A stretch of 64,000 bases of DNA from Candidatus Uhrbacteria bacterium (GCA_963822405.1 CAWGHH010000001.1:23296-87295); one strand, 5' to 3'; positions 37,212 through 46,556 are shown, counted from the stretch's first letter. Notes: a model not told the origin generated them from the letters alone. A program made the numbers and translations.

Positions 37212-38141
37212 CTATTTTGCCTTCTTCTTATCATGAAACTCTTTGTACACGCGTCCGAGTTCCTTATCCGTAATGTGCGTGTAAACCTGCGTCGTCGTAA
37301 TCGACTCATGGCCGAGGAGGGATTGCACCGCGCGGATGTCGGCGCCGTTGCGTAGGAGGTCGGTCGCGTAGGTGTGACGCAATGTGTGTGGGGTGACACG
37401 CTTAGTGATGCCGGCCAGGCGGGCGTAGCGGTCGACGATGCGTTGCACCGAGCGGGGAGTGAGCGGATGAGAAGTGGTCGATGAGTGCCGAGCGCGGTCG
37501 TGTCGAACAAATAAGAATGGGGAAGTGTCTTTGCGATGATCGAGATATGCTTTGATCGCTCGTCGGGCATCCTCCGACAAATATACAACGCGATGTTTCT
37601 TGCCTTTACCGAGCACCGTGAACTCGTCGCGCTTCAGATTGATGTTATCGATCTTCAAGGTCGATGCCTCAGACACACGCGTGCCGGTCGAAAAGAGCAG
37701 CTCGAGCAACGCCTTGTCACGGTAACCAACAATTGTCGGGTCACTTAGAGGACCAGCTCGAAAACGCTCGAACTCCTCAGACTCGAGGAAACTCACGTTA
37801 CGAGTGCCCTGTTTGGCAAGCTCGATTTTCTCCGCGGCCATACTCTTCACATCACGCTTGGCGAGGTACTTAAGGAATGATCGAAGAGCGATTAAGTGAT
37901 AGTTCTGCGTATTCTTCTTCAAGTTTGTCTCTTCTCGACCAGAAATGTCCCGATTTAGGTGCAAACGGTAATTTCGCACCATCTCCATCGTAATTTCCTG
38001 TGGATTAGGGTGCTTTGCCCAATCCGAAAACCTGGTTAAGTAAAAATGGTAGTTCTTAATTGTCTTATCAGACCGTCCGCGTTCAATTTCAAGATATTCA
38101 AGGAATTCTTTAATATATTTGGCAAGTATATTCTTTGGCAT
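37212..38141 (-). CDS. xerC: Tyrosine recombinase, XerC/XerD family
   Basis: N-terminal SAM-like domain. Catalytic residues in order: R (LLFSTGTRVSE), K (LGKGKK), HxxR (HTLRHTYAT) and the Tyr nucleophile (LLGHESITTTQVYTH). Confidence 0.75.
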   Translation of the reverse strand: MPKNILAKYIKEFLEYLEIERGRSDKTIKNYHFYLTRFSDWAKHPNPQEITMEMVRNYRLHLNRDISGREETNLKKNTQNYHLIALRSFLKYLAKRDVKSMAAEKIELAKQGTRNVSFLESEEFERFRAGPLSDPTIVGYRDKALLELLFSTGTRVSEASTLKIDNINLKRDEFTVLGKGKKHRVVYLSEDARRAIKAYLDHRKDTSPFLFVRHDRARHSSTTSHPLTPRSVQRIVDRYARLAGITKRVTPHTLRHTYATDLLRNGADIRAVQSLLGHESITTTQVYTHITDKELGRVYKEFHDKKKAK

Positions 38142-38440
38142 AGGGGAGGTTGTGTCGTAAATTATACACCACTCAGTGTGCGGACAACTGGTTGACTATT
38201 CCTATAATTTGGCTTACTCTACCTGTTCTGCGACTAAAACCCGCAGTACACACGCTCTTTTTCACCCCTCAGCATCTTCGGAGCCACCGTGGCTTTGCCT
38301 CCCCGCCGCAGAAACCCAGACATTGAACGCTGGCTATCGCTCTACCACCTTGGTGGAGAAGACGGGCTCTCGCTCGTCACCAGATCTCCAATCGAATTCC
38401 CCCTTGAGTTCACCGCCACCAACATCCCGCCGGAGGTTAT

Positions 38441-38652
38441 CGATGAAAAACAGGATTCCAAACGATCCAAGTGAAGTCGGATACGGTACTGACGTGCCCC
38501 GCGATAGGGCATCTGATCTCCCGCCGCCCCCTCCAAGCCGGCCGGAAGTCTCGCCCTGCGATGGAAACGTGATCGTCGCGAAAAGTCCCGACGGCAGCGT
38601 CATGTACACCGGTTTCCGCGACTCCGACGGACTCGACGAGCTGTTCGTGTAG
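38441..38652 (+). CDS. Small Pro-rich hypothetical protein (70 aa) in a GC-rich patch
   Basis: MKNRIPNDPSEVGYGTDVPRDRASDLPPPPPSRPEV... (internal start of the tracked ORF 38176..38652). Confidence 0.25.
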
Positions 38653-38653
38653 C

Positions 38654-38833
38654 ATGGAAGCAAAAGACAAAGCCGTTCTCTTCAATCCGGCACTTTCCGA
38701 AGACAAGGCGAATGCCATTAAAGCCTGGATGAAAGCCACGTATCCACCAGAGGAAACGAAGGCTCCGGCAAAAACCACGCCAGACTCTGTATTCGCCAGC
38801 CCTTACGGACCGCCGGACGGTGACGCCTACTAA
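38654..38833 (+). CDS. Small hypothetical protein (59 aa)
   Basis: MEAKDKAVLFNPALSEDKANAIKAWMKATYPPEETKAPAKTTPDSVFASPYGPPDGDAY. Its ATG lies 1 nt after the previous stop. Confidence 0.2.
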   Translation: MEAKDKAVLFNPALSEDKANAIKAWMKATYPPEETKAPAKTTPDSVFASPYGPPDGDAY

Positions 38834-38857
38834 AGAAGCCGCCCGCGTGCGACTTAT

Positions 38858-38898
38858 GACCTTTAACCCTGTACCTAACGGTATAGGGTTCTTTTTTT
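38858..38898 (+). terminator. Rho-independent terminator
   Basis: aaccctgtacctaacggtatagggttcttttttt. Confidence 0.4.
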
Positions 38899-39012
38899 GA
38901 CACTTTACCCCTTTTACTCTATTCTTCCCCTGCATTCTTTTATATAGCGTTAGCCCCGGTTTATGGCTTGAGCAAGCCGTTTACTGAGACGATCGCATGA
39001 ATCCATATTGAT

Positions 39013-39279
39013 ATGCTCGACAAGACAAAGAAAGAGAAGCTCATTAAGAAGTTTCGTACGCATGAGTCTGATACAGGTTCACCACAGGTCCAGATCGCTA
39101 TCCTTACGGAAGAGGTCAAAGAGCTGACGAACCACTTAAAGACCCACCGCAAGGACTTTAGCTCCCGCCGTGGACTAGTGAAGAAGGTTGCAGAACGCCG
39201 CCGTCTTCTCAAGTACTTGGAGCGCGAGAACGAAGCAGCGTACCGCACAATTCTTGAGGAACTTGGATTGAAGAAATAA
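39013..39279 (+). CDS. rpsO: 30S ribosomal protein S15
   Basis: MLDKTKKEKLIKKFRTHESDTGSPQVQIAILTEEVKELTNHLKTHRKDFSSRRGL... Confidence 0.9.
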   Translation: MLDKTKKEKLIKKFRTHESDTGSPQVQIAILTEEVKELTNHLKTHRKDFSSRRGLVKKVAERRRLLKYLERENEAAYRTILEELGLKK

Positions 39280-39345
39280 ATTGAACCCGACCTCGCACCG
39301 TTGGTGTGAGGTCGGTTTTCAAAACTTAATCACTTTTCATTACCT

Positions 39346-40014
39346 ATGTTAGATTTTTCGAATCGACGGGTTGGCGTCTTCATAGACGTTCAAAACATGT
39401 ACTACAGTGCGCGCAACATTTACGGCAGCAAGGTTAATTACGGAAACATAGTTAAGGCAGCGGCCGGAAATCAGAAACTTATTCGGGCGGTTGCGTATAC
39501 CATTTCGACCAAGACAGGAGATGAATTGCCATTTTTCGAAGCCTTGCACAAGTCTGGCATCGAAGTAAACACCAAAGAACTTCTAGAATACGAGTCAGGT
39601 CAGAAGAAAGGGGATTGGGACGTGGGCATCACGGTCGACATCATCCGCATGCTTGATACGCTCGACGTCGTGGTCATCGTTTCTGGTGACGGAGATTACG
39701 TGCCACTTGGCGAATACATCAAGAACAAGGGTCGAGTATTCCATGTTGTAAGTTTCCGCGAGTCGACCTCTGGCAAACTTGTCGAAGAAGCCGACATCTA
39801 CACAAACTTGTCTGATAACTTGAACGAATTCCTGATCCGTGATGCAAAATATCGCCCAGCCCAGCAACGTGTTGGATCGACAACTGACACGTTTGACGAT
39901 GTGATTGCAGAACAGAGTGAAAATCAGTTCAAGGGCACAGCGCGAACGCCGGTCGCACCACTGACCCCCACCAACGCACCAAAGCGCCGAGGGAGACCAG
40001 TAAAATCAGCGTAG
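39346..40014 (+). CDS. NYN-domain (LabA-like) protein with a basic C-terminal tail
   Basis: VGVFIDVQNMYYS ... VVIVSGDGDYVPL PIN-like acidic residues; C-terminus PKRRGRPVKSA. Followed by a GTCGAC-core hairpin terminator at 40012-40036. Confidence 0.6.
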   Translation: MLDFSNRRVGVFIDVQNMYYSARNIYGSKVNYGNIVKAAAGNQKLIRAVAYTISTKTGDELPFFEALHKSGIEVNTKELLEYESGQKKGDWDVGITVDIIRMLDTLDVVVIVSGDGDYVPLGEYIKNKGRVFHVVSFRESTSGKLVEEADIYTNLSDNLNEFLIRDAKYRPAQQRVGSTTDTFDDVIAEQSENQFKGTARTPVAPLTPTNAPKRRGRPVKSA

Positions 40015-40072
40015 GGGTCGACCTCTGTGTCGACCAACAATAAAGAACGTAGAAGGGTAAAATAAAATATAT

Positions 40073-42295
40073 ATGCAAACATCGCACTCGATTGATCTTG
40101 GAGGAAAAAAGTTAACAATTGAAACGGGTAAGTTTGCTAAGGCTGCAAACGGTAGCTGTACCGTTCGTTACGGAGACACCGTCGTGCTCGTCACGGCTGT
40201 TATGAGTAAGGATGCTCGCCCAGGCTTGGGATTCTTCCCTCTCATGGTCGAGTTTGAGGAGAAGCTGTACGCCGCTGGCCGTATCAAGGGCTCAAGATTC
40301 ATCAAGCGCGAAGGCCGACCAACTGATGAAGCTGTTCTGGCTGCTCGTTTTATTGATCGTGCTATTCGCCCGTTGTTCGACCACAGAATGTCCAATGACG
40401 TACAGGTTATTGTCACCGTGTTGGCCTTCGACGGCGAGCATGACGCTGACATCCCTGGATTTATTGGCGCCGCCTGCGCACTCCACATGTCTGACATTCC
40501 ATGGAACGGCCCGATTGCCGTTACTCGCGTAAACAAAGATGCCCAAGGCAAGTTTATTGCGAACGGTACTTATGCCGATCGCGAGTTGTCGAGATTTGAC
40601 GTTGATGTAGCCGGCACGCCAGACAAAGTCATCATGCTAGAAGCTGGTTGTGACCAAGCTCCAGAACAAGAAATTATTGACGCTATCGTTTTTGGCCAGA
40701 AGCAACTTGGCCCAGTGATCGAGTTAATCGAAAAGGTTCGCGCTGAAGTAGGCAAGCCAAAGCTAGACCTTTTCACTCCAAAGAGTGACGATGCTAAACG
40801 CGTAGTCGAAAAAACTGCCGACGTAAATGCTATCCTCGCACCATTCGCCGCAAAAACTATTGACGAGCTGTTCTTTGGCGCGCCAAAAGCCACAAAGTCG
40901 GAACGCTATGCGGCAAAAGATGAGCTCAAGAAACGCGTTGTCGCCTTCTTAACTGAACAAGGCCAGGACGAAGAGGGAATCATCATCGGCAAAGGCTTGC
41001 TGAGCGAAATACTCGACGCCGAAATTGGCCGAAACATTATTGAAGGTGGCAAGCGCGTTGACGGCCGAGGACTCGACGAGATCCGCGAGCTAACAAGTGA
41101 AGCAGGTTTGTTGCCATGCGTTCACGGTTCCGGTTTATTCTCACGCGGCGAAACCCAGGTTCTCTCGGTGGTTACCCTCGGCGCACCTGGCGACAAGCAG
41201 ACACTCGACGGCATGGAACTAGTTGGCGAACGCCGCTTCATGCACCACTACAATTTCCCTCCATTCTCAGTTGGTGAAGCGAAGCCATTGCGCGGAACTG
41301 GCCGACGTGAAGTTGGTCATGGCGCACTGGCTGAAAAAGCTTTAGCCTTCATGATTCCAGATAAGGAGCTCTTCCCGTACACCGTGCGCGTAGTTTCTGA
41401 AGTTCTTGGTTCGAATGGTTCAAGCTCTATGGGTTCAACTTGCGGTACTTCACTCGCGCTTATGGACGCCGGTGTGCCAATCAAGGCAGCCGTTGCCGGT
41501 CTAGCCATGGGACTCGCGTCTGATGGAAAACGTTTTCAAGTCATCACCGACTTGCAGGATCTTGAAGACGGCGAGGGCGGAATGGACTTCAAAATTACCG
41601 GTACCCGAACTGGCGTCACCGCTATTCAGCTCGACACAAAAACCGATGGTATCCCTCACAACGTAGTAGTCGAGGCCGTTACCAAGGCGCAAATTGCTCG
41701 CATGAAGATCCTCGACGTAATGGCTTCAGCAATTGCCGAACCTCGCGCCGAGCTCTCACCGAATGCTCCAAGAATCATCACTATCAACATCAACCCAGAC
41801 AAGATTCGGGAGGTAATTGGTTCGGGTGGTAAAACAATCAACGAGATTATCGAAAAAACCGGTGTGTCCGATATCGATATCGAACAGACTGGCTTAGTCA
41901 TGATCACTTCGCCAGACGCAGAGTCTGCCCAGAAGGCGTATGATTGGATCTATAACCTAACCCGTGATCTTGAAGTAGGCGAGGTTTTCCACGGCGAAGT
42001 TGTCAGACTCATGGACTTCGGCGCCTTTGTCCAGGTACTTCCTGGAAAGGACGGCCTAGTTCACGTGTCCGAAATGGCACCATGGCGCGTAGAAAAGGTA
42101 ACTGACGTAGTAAACGTTGGCGATAAAGTACACGTAAAGGTCATTGAGATCGACGAAAAGGGACGCGTCAACTTGTCCATGAAGGCCGCTGAGGGCAACG
42201 TCTACACAGACGAAATGAAAGCCAAAGCCGGCACCGGCAGCGCCCCTTCCGGCCGCCGACCAGACTCAAAACCACAGGGAAAGCGTTACGACTAA
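40073..42295 (+). CDS. pnp: Polyribonucleotide nucleotidyltransferase (PNPase)
   Basis: Two RNase PH domains, then a KH domain (IGSGGKTINEI) and an S1 domain (GEVFHGEVVRLMDFGAFV) at the C-terminus. Confidence 0.9.
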   Translation: MQTSHSIDLGGKKLTIETGKFAKAANGSCTVRYGDTVVLVTAVMSKDARPGLGFFPLMVEFEEKLYAAGRIKGSRFIKREGRPTDEAVLAARFIDRAIRPLFDHRMSNDVQVIVTVLAFDGEHDADIPGFIGAACALHMSDIPWNGPIAVTRVNKDAQGKFIANGTYADRELSRFDVDVAGTPDKVIMLEAGCDQAPEQEIIDAIVFGQKQLGPVIELIEKVRAEVGKPKLDLFTPKSDDAKRVVEKTADVNAILAPFAAKTIDELFFGAPKATKSERYAAKDELKKRVVAFLTEQGQDEEGIIIGKGLLSEILDAEIGRNIIEGGKRVDGRGLDEIRELTSEAGLLPCVHGSGLFSRGETQVLSVVTLGAPGDKQTLDGMELVGERRFMHHYNFPPFSVGEAKPLRGTGRREVGHGALAEKALAFMIPDKELFPYTVRVVSEVLGSNGSSSMGSTCGTSLALMDAGVPIKAAVAGLAMGLASDGKRFQVITDLQDLEDGEGGMDFKITGTRTGVTAIQLDTKTDGIPHNVVVEAVTKAQIARMKILDVMASAIAEPRAELSPNAPRIITININPDKIREVIGSGGKTINEIIEKTGVSDIDIEQTGLVMITSPDAESAQKAYDWIYNLTRDLEVGEVFHGEVVRLMDFGAFVQVLPGKDGLVHVSEMAPWRVEKVTDVVNVGDKVHVKVIEIDEKGRVNLSMKAAEGNVYTDEMKAKAGTGSAPSGRRPDSKPQGKRYD

Positions 42296-42299
42296 ATGT

Positions 42300-42323
42300 A
42301 AGGGTTTGGCGGCGCCAAACCCA
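42300..42323 (+). terminator. Palindromic terminator element AAGGGTTTGGCGGCGCCAAACCC
   Basis: Perfect hairpin 5 nt after the pnp stop. A near-identical element follows the PBP1A gene at 60464-60486. Confidence 0.45.
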
Positions 42324-42339
42324 TACGCCCCCTACGCCA

Positions 42340-43563
42340 ATGCAATCCCTACACATACCCATCCAAGATAACCCAACCCGCCAAAAAATCTGGCGGGTTG
42401 TGGTATTTGTGGCTCCACTTCTGGCCACTTCTATGATTTCCGCCTTAGCTTTTCGCGCATACACCGTCCTAGACACACTTTCTTCTTTTGCGCCCGCCAG
42501 CGCCGAGCTCGGAATCAGAATCATCAAAACTCCAAGCACTGCAAACGTTTTAGAGGATAAATTTCACGGAACGACACTCTTTCCAAACGCACCTTTTACC
42601 CTCGACGAAATTTCTGAGTGGTCAAAACGAGGAAGCGAAGTATTCTTGAATGAAACCGGCATTGTCGGTGTCGCGATTGCCGGCAAGGTACCCGAGGACA
42701 CGCTAACCGAATCTCGAGCCCTTGGTTTTATCGTAAAGCAACGCTTTGGTGGCACATATATTGGAACTGAGGAACCGGCGACAATCAAACTAGCTGTTCG
42801 CCTTCCTATAGCCACCATGTTGCCCTGGTATAACGGCGAGGCATACTCGGCTAAAAACCATATCTCTGCCCCTCTGCGTCTAAACGAACAGTCGCTAACG
42901 ATCAGTGGGCTCGGTCGAACAGGTGGTTCAAGCGCTACAACCACCGACCAATCATTAGCCAACGTCAGCATTTCATCAGAAGAGGCGCAAAACCTCTTAG
43001 GCTTTGATGTTCCTCTAATTTTTCCTGGCTTACGAGCTCTCGAAGAACAAATGATCGAACATGGATTTTCAATGTCCCTTGGTCAAGATTCAGAAGGAAC
43101 GCCTTACTCGTTTAACATTCCAGGCGGGAATCTCTCTCGAGAAGACCTAGAAAACGGGGTCAGCGAACTATATTACACAAGCAGTCTAATCACGGTTCCG
43201 TTCAAGGATGTCTACACTAGCCTGGACGAACTGGTCTCAAACTCAACGGCCAAGCCGGTAACAACAAGCGATCCGTCGGCAACTATTACAACAATTGGCG
43301 ACAATACGGGCACACTGGTTCGAGCCGCAGAAACCACGCACGGCCTGATTTTAACCAATAGAGCAGTAAACATTGGAGATTCTTCGACCAACGGAACCGG
43401 CAGCAGCACCTGCTTGGCACGCGCCAATCAGTGGGTTTCGTTTATAGGCCTAAATGGACTCCTTCCAGCACGTTTGTCCACGCCAGGCATGACAATCATC
43501 CAAAAACTGCTCTCAAGCCAAGAAATTGCTTTTTCGAACCACCGAACTCGGGTCTGCTGGTGA
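42340..43563 (+). CDS. Hypothetical membrane-anchored protein
   Basis: N-terminal TM IWRVVVFVAPLLATSMISALAF; Ser/Thr-rich; no motifs. Confidence 0.4.
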   Translation: MQSLHIPIQDNPTRQKIWRVVVFVAPLLATSMISALAFRAYTVLDTLSSFAPASAELGIRIIKTPSTANVLEDKFHGTTLFPNAPFTLDEISEWSKRGSEVFLNETGIVGVAIAGKVPEDTLTESRALGFIVKQRFGGTYIGTEEPATIKLAVRLPIATMLPWYNGEAYSAKNHISAPLRLNEQSLTISGLGRTGGSSATTTDQSLANVSISSEEAQNLLGFDVPLIFPGLRALEEQMIEHGFSMSLGQDSEGTPYSFNIPGGNLSREDLENGVSELYYTSSLITVPFKDVYTSLDELVSNSTAKPVTTSDPSATITTIGDNTGTLVRAAETTHGLILTNRAVNIGDSSTNGTGSSTCLARANQWVSFIGLNGLLPARLSTPGMTIIQKLLSSQEIAFSNHRTRVCW

Positions 43564-43739
43564 TAAAGTGTGGATAAGTGGTGAGTTATGCACACTTTTT
43601 GTATTCGATAGCTGAATACCTATGGTGTTACCTTATGCACAGCTGGAAGGAATTTCGCTAACGTCAGCAGTTGATAACTAATATACAAAATGTACTCAGG
43701 GTTTATACTAGTTATGTAATCGTTCTTTCCACAAAACCT

Positions 43740-44075
43740 ACCTACGCCCTTCCTGGGTGTGGGAATGACAGGGGTAAGTTCCCGAAGCCCCAAAACTCTT
43801 CGGGAGGTACCTCACTTGCACTCCTCCTCTTTTGGAAAAACGAATGACCACGGAAGCAATGCGTAGCAATTCGTGAACCCAAAAGAGGGGTAGGGCAGGC
43901 GTCAGTCAGGCTTGAAGGACAGGAGGACATGAGTTATTGAGTAAAGCGCGATGAGGACAACTCGCCGGCTTCACCCAATATCACATGCCTGGGTCCCCAG
44001 GCTGCCCGGGGGCTCAACCGCAGGGAGATGCAATGCACCGCCCATTCGCGACCGCGCCCCCTTTTCAATTTGCAG
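43740..44075 (+). ncRNA. Candidate structured non-coding RNA (about 340 nt, GC-rich, ORF-free) ending in an intrinsic-terminator-like hairpin; identity unresolved
   Basis: No plausible ORF in any frame. Nested hairpins: cccgaag-N10-cttcggg and ggagg-N15-cctcc. A long 3' stem gggggctcaacc...gcgcccccTTTTcaattt. An AT-rich promoter-like stretch with TATACT lies upstream at about 43704. Searches by eye for RNase P P4, the tmRNA 3' tRNA-like end and SRP domain IV motifs were negative. Confidence 0.2.
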
Positions 44076-44111
44076 TAGATCAAGTATTGTGGTCGAAAGC
44101 ACTATTTTTTT

Positions 44112-44495
44112 ATGGCCAAAGCTCTTTCCGCAAAATTTATTGAAGAGATGAAAGGTCTTCTCGGAGTTGAGAAGACTAAGCTTGATAAAGAGCTGTCTCA
44201 ATTTACACACCGTGATCCAAAAAATCCTGGTGTTTTGATTACAGAATACAAAGACGTTGGCAGCGACGAGGGTGAAAACGCCTATGAAGTCGCCCAGTTC
44301 AGCGATAACCTTTCCCTTGAACAGGAGCTTGAATCTGCCCTCAAGGACGTAAACTCGGCCATCAAAGCCATGGACAAGGGCGCCTACGGAACGTGCAAAT
44401 ACTGTCAGCAGCAGATCAGCGAAGCTCGCCTACGCATTCGTCCAACCTCAACTTCCTGCGTAGCCTGCAAGAAAACGCTCACTCAGGAACTTTAG
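44112..44495 (+). CDS. DksA/TraR-family C4 zinc-finger protein (YteA-like)
   Basis: C-terminal CKYC...N17...CVAC zinc finger preceded by a coiled-coil region. Confidence 0.55.
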   Translation: MAKALSAKFIEEMKGLLGVEKTKLDKELSQFTHRDPKNPGVLITEYKDVGSDEGENAYEVAQFSDNLSLEQELESALKDVNSAIKAMDKGAYGTCKYCQQQISEARLRIRPTSTSCVACKKTLTQEL

Positions 44496-44496
44496 T

Positions 44497-44961
44497 ATGA
44501 CTCGCGCCCAGTTCTTTACTGGCGCAGGGGTAGTGTTCGTCTTGTCCGTGATAGACGCGCTAGCCAAATGGTGGGCGATTGGTTACGCGGTTCCAGCAAA
44601 CTCCAACACAATTCCCGCTGTCTTCGCGTTTGCACTCCACAAAAATCCCGGCATTGCTTTTGACATCCCTGTGCCGTTTTACATTATCCTGCCTCTGACT
44701 CTAGCTATCATAATTTTATTTGGTAGCTATTTTGGACGAGCGTCATTCATCGAAAACAAACTTACCGAATCTCTCGCTTGCCTCATGGTTTGTCTAGGGG
44801 CACTCGGTAACTTTCTAGATAGATTTGTTAATGGTTTTACTACAGATTACCTCATAATTTTTCACACTTCGGCTATAAACATTTCAGACTTATTGATTCT
44901 CATCGGAATGATTGGTTTCTTGTGGTACCATAAGAGCAACCCCCAGATCGAGAAAATTTAA
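44497..44961 (+). CDS. lspA: Lipoprotein signal peptidase (signal peptidase II)
   Basis: Four TM segments with conserved NPGIAF, GALGNFLDR and TTDYLIIF blocks. Confidence 0.7.
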   Translation: MTRAQFFTGAGVVFVLSVIDALAKWWAIGYAVPANSNTIPAVFAFALHKNPGIAFDIPVPFYIILPLTLAIIILFGSYFGRASFIENKLTESLACLMVCLGALGNFLDRFVNGFTTDYLIIFHTSAINISDLLILIGMIGFLWYHKSNPQIEKI

Positions 44962-44987
44962 ATTAAAACTCCCCATACTATTTTTGT

Positions 44988-46556
44988 ATGGGTTTTGCTT
45001 TTGTAAGTGCAGCTACGGTATTTGGACTTGAGGCAGTTCATGTTGAGGTCGAGGCCGACATCTCAAAAGGTTTGCCGAAGTTTCATGTCGTTGGTTTACC
45101 AGACACAGCTACCAGCGAGGCGCGTGAACGCGTACGATCAGCGATTAAAAATAGCGGCTTACGATTTCCGCGCCCAGTAATCACCGTAAATCTCGCACCG
45201 GCTAGCCTAAAAAAGCACGGTGCGGCTTATGATTTACCAATTGCCCTTGGCATTCTAATTGCTGATGGAACAATTCCGCCAAAGGCACTGGATAAAATTC
45301 TCGTGCTGGGCGAATTGGCTCTTGATGGTCGAATCCGAACGACCACCGGCGTATTACCCTGCGTCATGATGGCCAAGAAAACTGGCTTTACTGGTGTAAT
45401 CGTCCCCGAGGAAAACGCTCCCGAAGCCTCACTCATAGAAGGCATGAACGTTTATCCAGTTAAAAACTTAATGTCCCTAGTTAAGCAACTCGTGGATGGC
45501 GAACTTCTCCCTCTTTCCAAGAGGGAGTTAGAGGGAGTCGGTGGGTGGTCGCGCCCGAGCTCCTGCGAGGGAACCCGCATCAGGATGGGCACCGACTTCT
45601 CTGACATTGCCGGCCAATCACAAGCCAAACGCGCGCTTGAAATTGCGGCGTCTGGCGGGCACAACGTGCTCTTGATCGGGTCGCCGGGAAGCGGCAAAAC
45701 GCTTTTAGCGCGTTCGCTGCCTGGCATTCTCCCGCCACTTTCGTTCGACGAGGCACTCGAAATCACTGCAATCCATTCGGTTCACGGTAGCCTCGACAAA
45801 GACGAAGTGCTTTTACGTGATCGACCGTTCCGCTCACCACATCACAGCGCAAGTGGCGTGGCGCTCGTAGGTGGCGGCGGAAATCCTAAACCCGGCGAAA
45901 TTACGCTCGCGCACAGAGGCGTGCTATTTCTTGACGAGTTTCCAGAGTTTCCGCGCCACGCGCTCGAACATCTACGACAACCCCTAGAAGAAGGCCGAGT
46001 AACAGTTTCACGCGCCGCCGGTAGCGTGGTATTTCCCGCCAGGTTTATGCTCGTGGCCGCCATGAACCCATGCCCGTGCGGTTACGCTTTCGACCAAGAG
46101 CGCAGATGCGTTTGTACAAAATTCGTCAAAGAAAGGTATCGCCAAAAAATTTCCGGGCCTCTACTTGATCGAATCGATCTAATCGTCGAAGTTCCGAGGC
46201 TACCTCTATCGTCCTTCAGCGAAGTAGTTCGCGAAAACTCGCAAACGGTGTGCGATCGAGTGACTCGCGCGCGGGAAATAGCTCGACAAAGATATGAACA
46301 AATACACATAAGTACAAATGCCGAGCTTGGGGCGAGCACACTCAAACATTTTTGCGTACTCAATGATGATGATTTGGCGTTCTTTCAAAAAGCCGCTGAG
46401 TCACTCAGGCTATCCGCTCGCGCATACACACGAATCCTTAAGGTCGCCCGCACAATTGCTGACCTAAACGAAATGCCCACGATTGAACGCGGGCATCTCA
46501 TGGAGGCTCTTCAGTTTAGATCAACGCTTACCGGAGATAATCAAGAGGATTCTTAA
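44988..46556 (+). CDS. comM: Mg-chelatase-like AAA+ ATPase ComM/YifB
   Basis: N-terminal ChlI-like domain, Walker A GSPGSGKT, arginine finger and C-terminal Mg-chelatase subunit domain; 522 aa. Confidence 0.8.
   Translation: MGFAFVSAATVFGLEAVHVEVEADISKGLPKFHVVGLPDTATSEARERVRSAIKNSGLRFPRPVITVNLAPASLKKHGAAYDLPIALGILIADGTIPPKALDKILVLGELALDGRIRTTTGVLPCVMMAKKTGFTGVIVPEENAPEASLIEGMNVYPVKNLMSLVKQLVDGELLPLSKRELEGVGGWSRPSSCEGTRIRMGTDFSDIAGQSQAKRALEIAASGGHNVLLIGSPGSGKTLLARSLPGILPPLSFDEALEITAIHSVHGSLDKDEVLLRDRPFRSPHHSASGVALVGGGGNPKPGEITLAHRGVLFLDEFPEFPRHALEHLRQPLEEGRVTVSRAAGSVVFPARFMLVAAMNPCPCGYAFDQERRCVCTKFVKERYRQKISGPLLDRIDLIVEVPRLPLSSFSEVVRENSQTVCDRVTRAREIARQRYEQIHISTNAELGASTLKHFCVLNDDDLAFFQKAAESLRLSARAYTRILKVARTIADLNEMPTIERGHLMEALQFRSTLTGDNQEDS

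Noticed and set aside
31513-38160. Integrative element bounded by tRNA-Arg(UCU) or tRNA-His with the XerC/D recombinase as its integrase.
   Set aside because: No direct repeat of either tRNA 3' end was found near the recombinase. The recombinase is at the wrong end relative to tRNA-His orientation. It may simply be the chromosomal XerC/D. The weaker tRNA-fragment observation is kept as a finding.
43740-44075. Specific identification as RNase P RNA, tmRNA or SRP RNA.
   Set aside because: None of the universal motifs could be located on either strand. These motifs are the P4 strands for RNase P, the tRNA-like TpsiC/acceptor end plus a tag reading frame ending in AA-stop for tmRNA, and a GNRA-capped domain IV for SRP. 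It is kept only as an unclassified ncRNA candidate.
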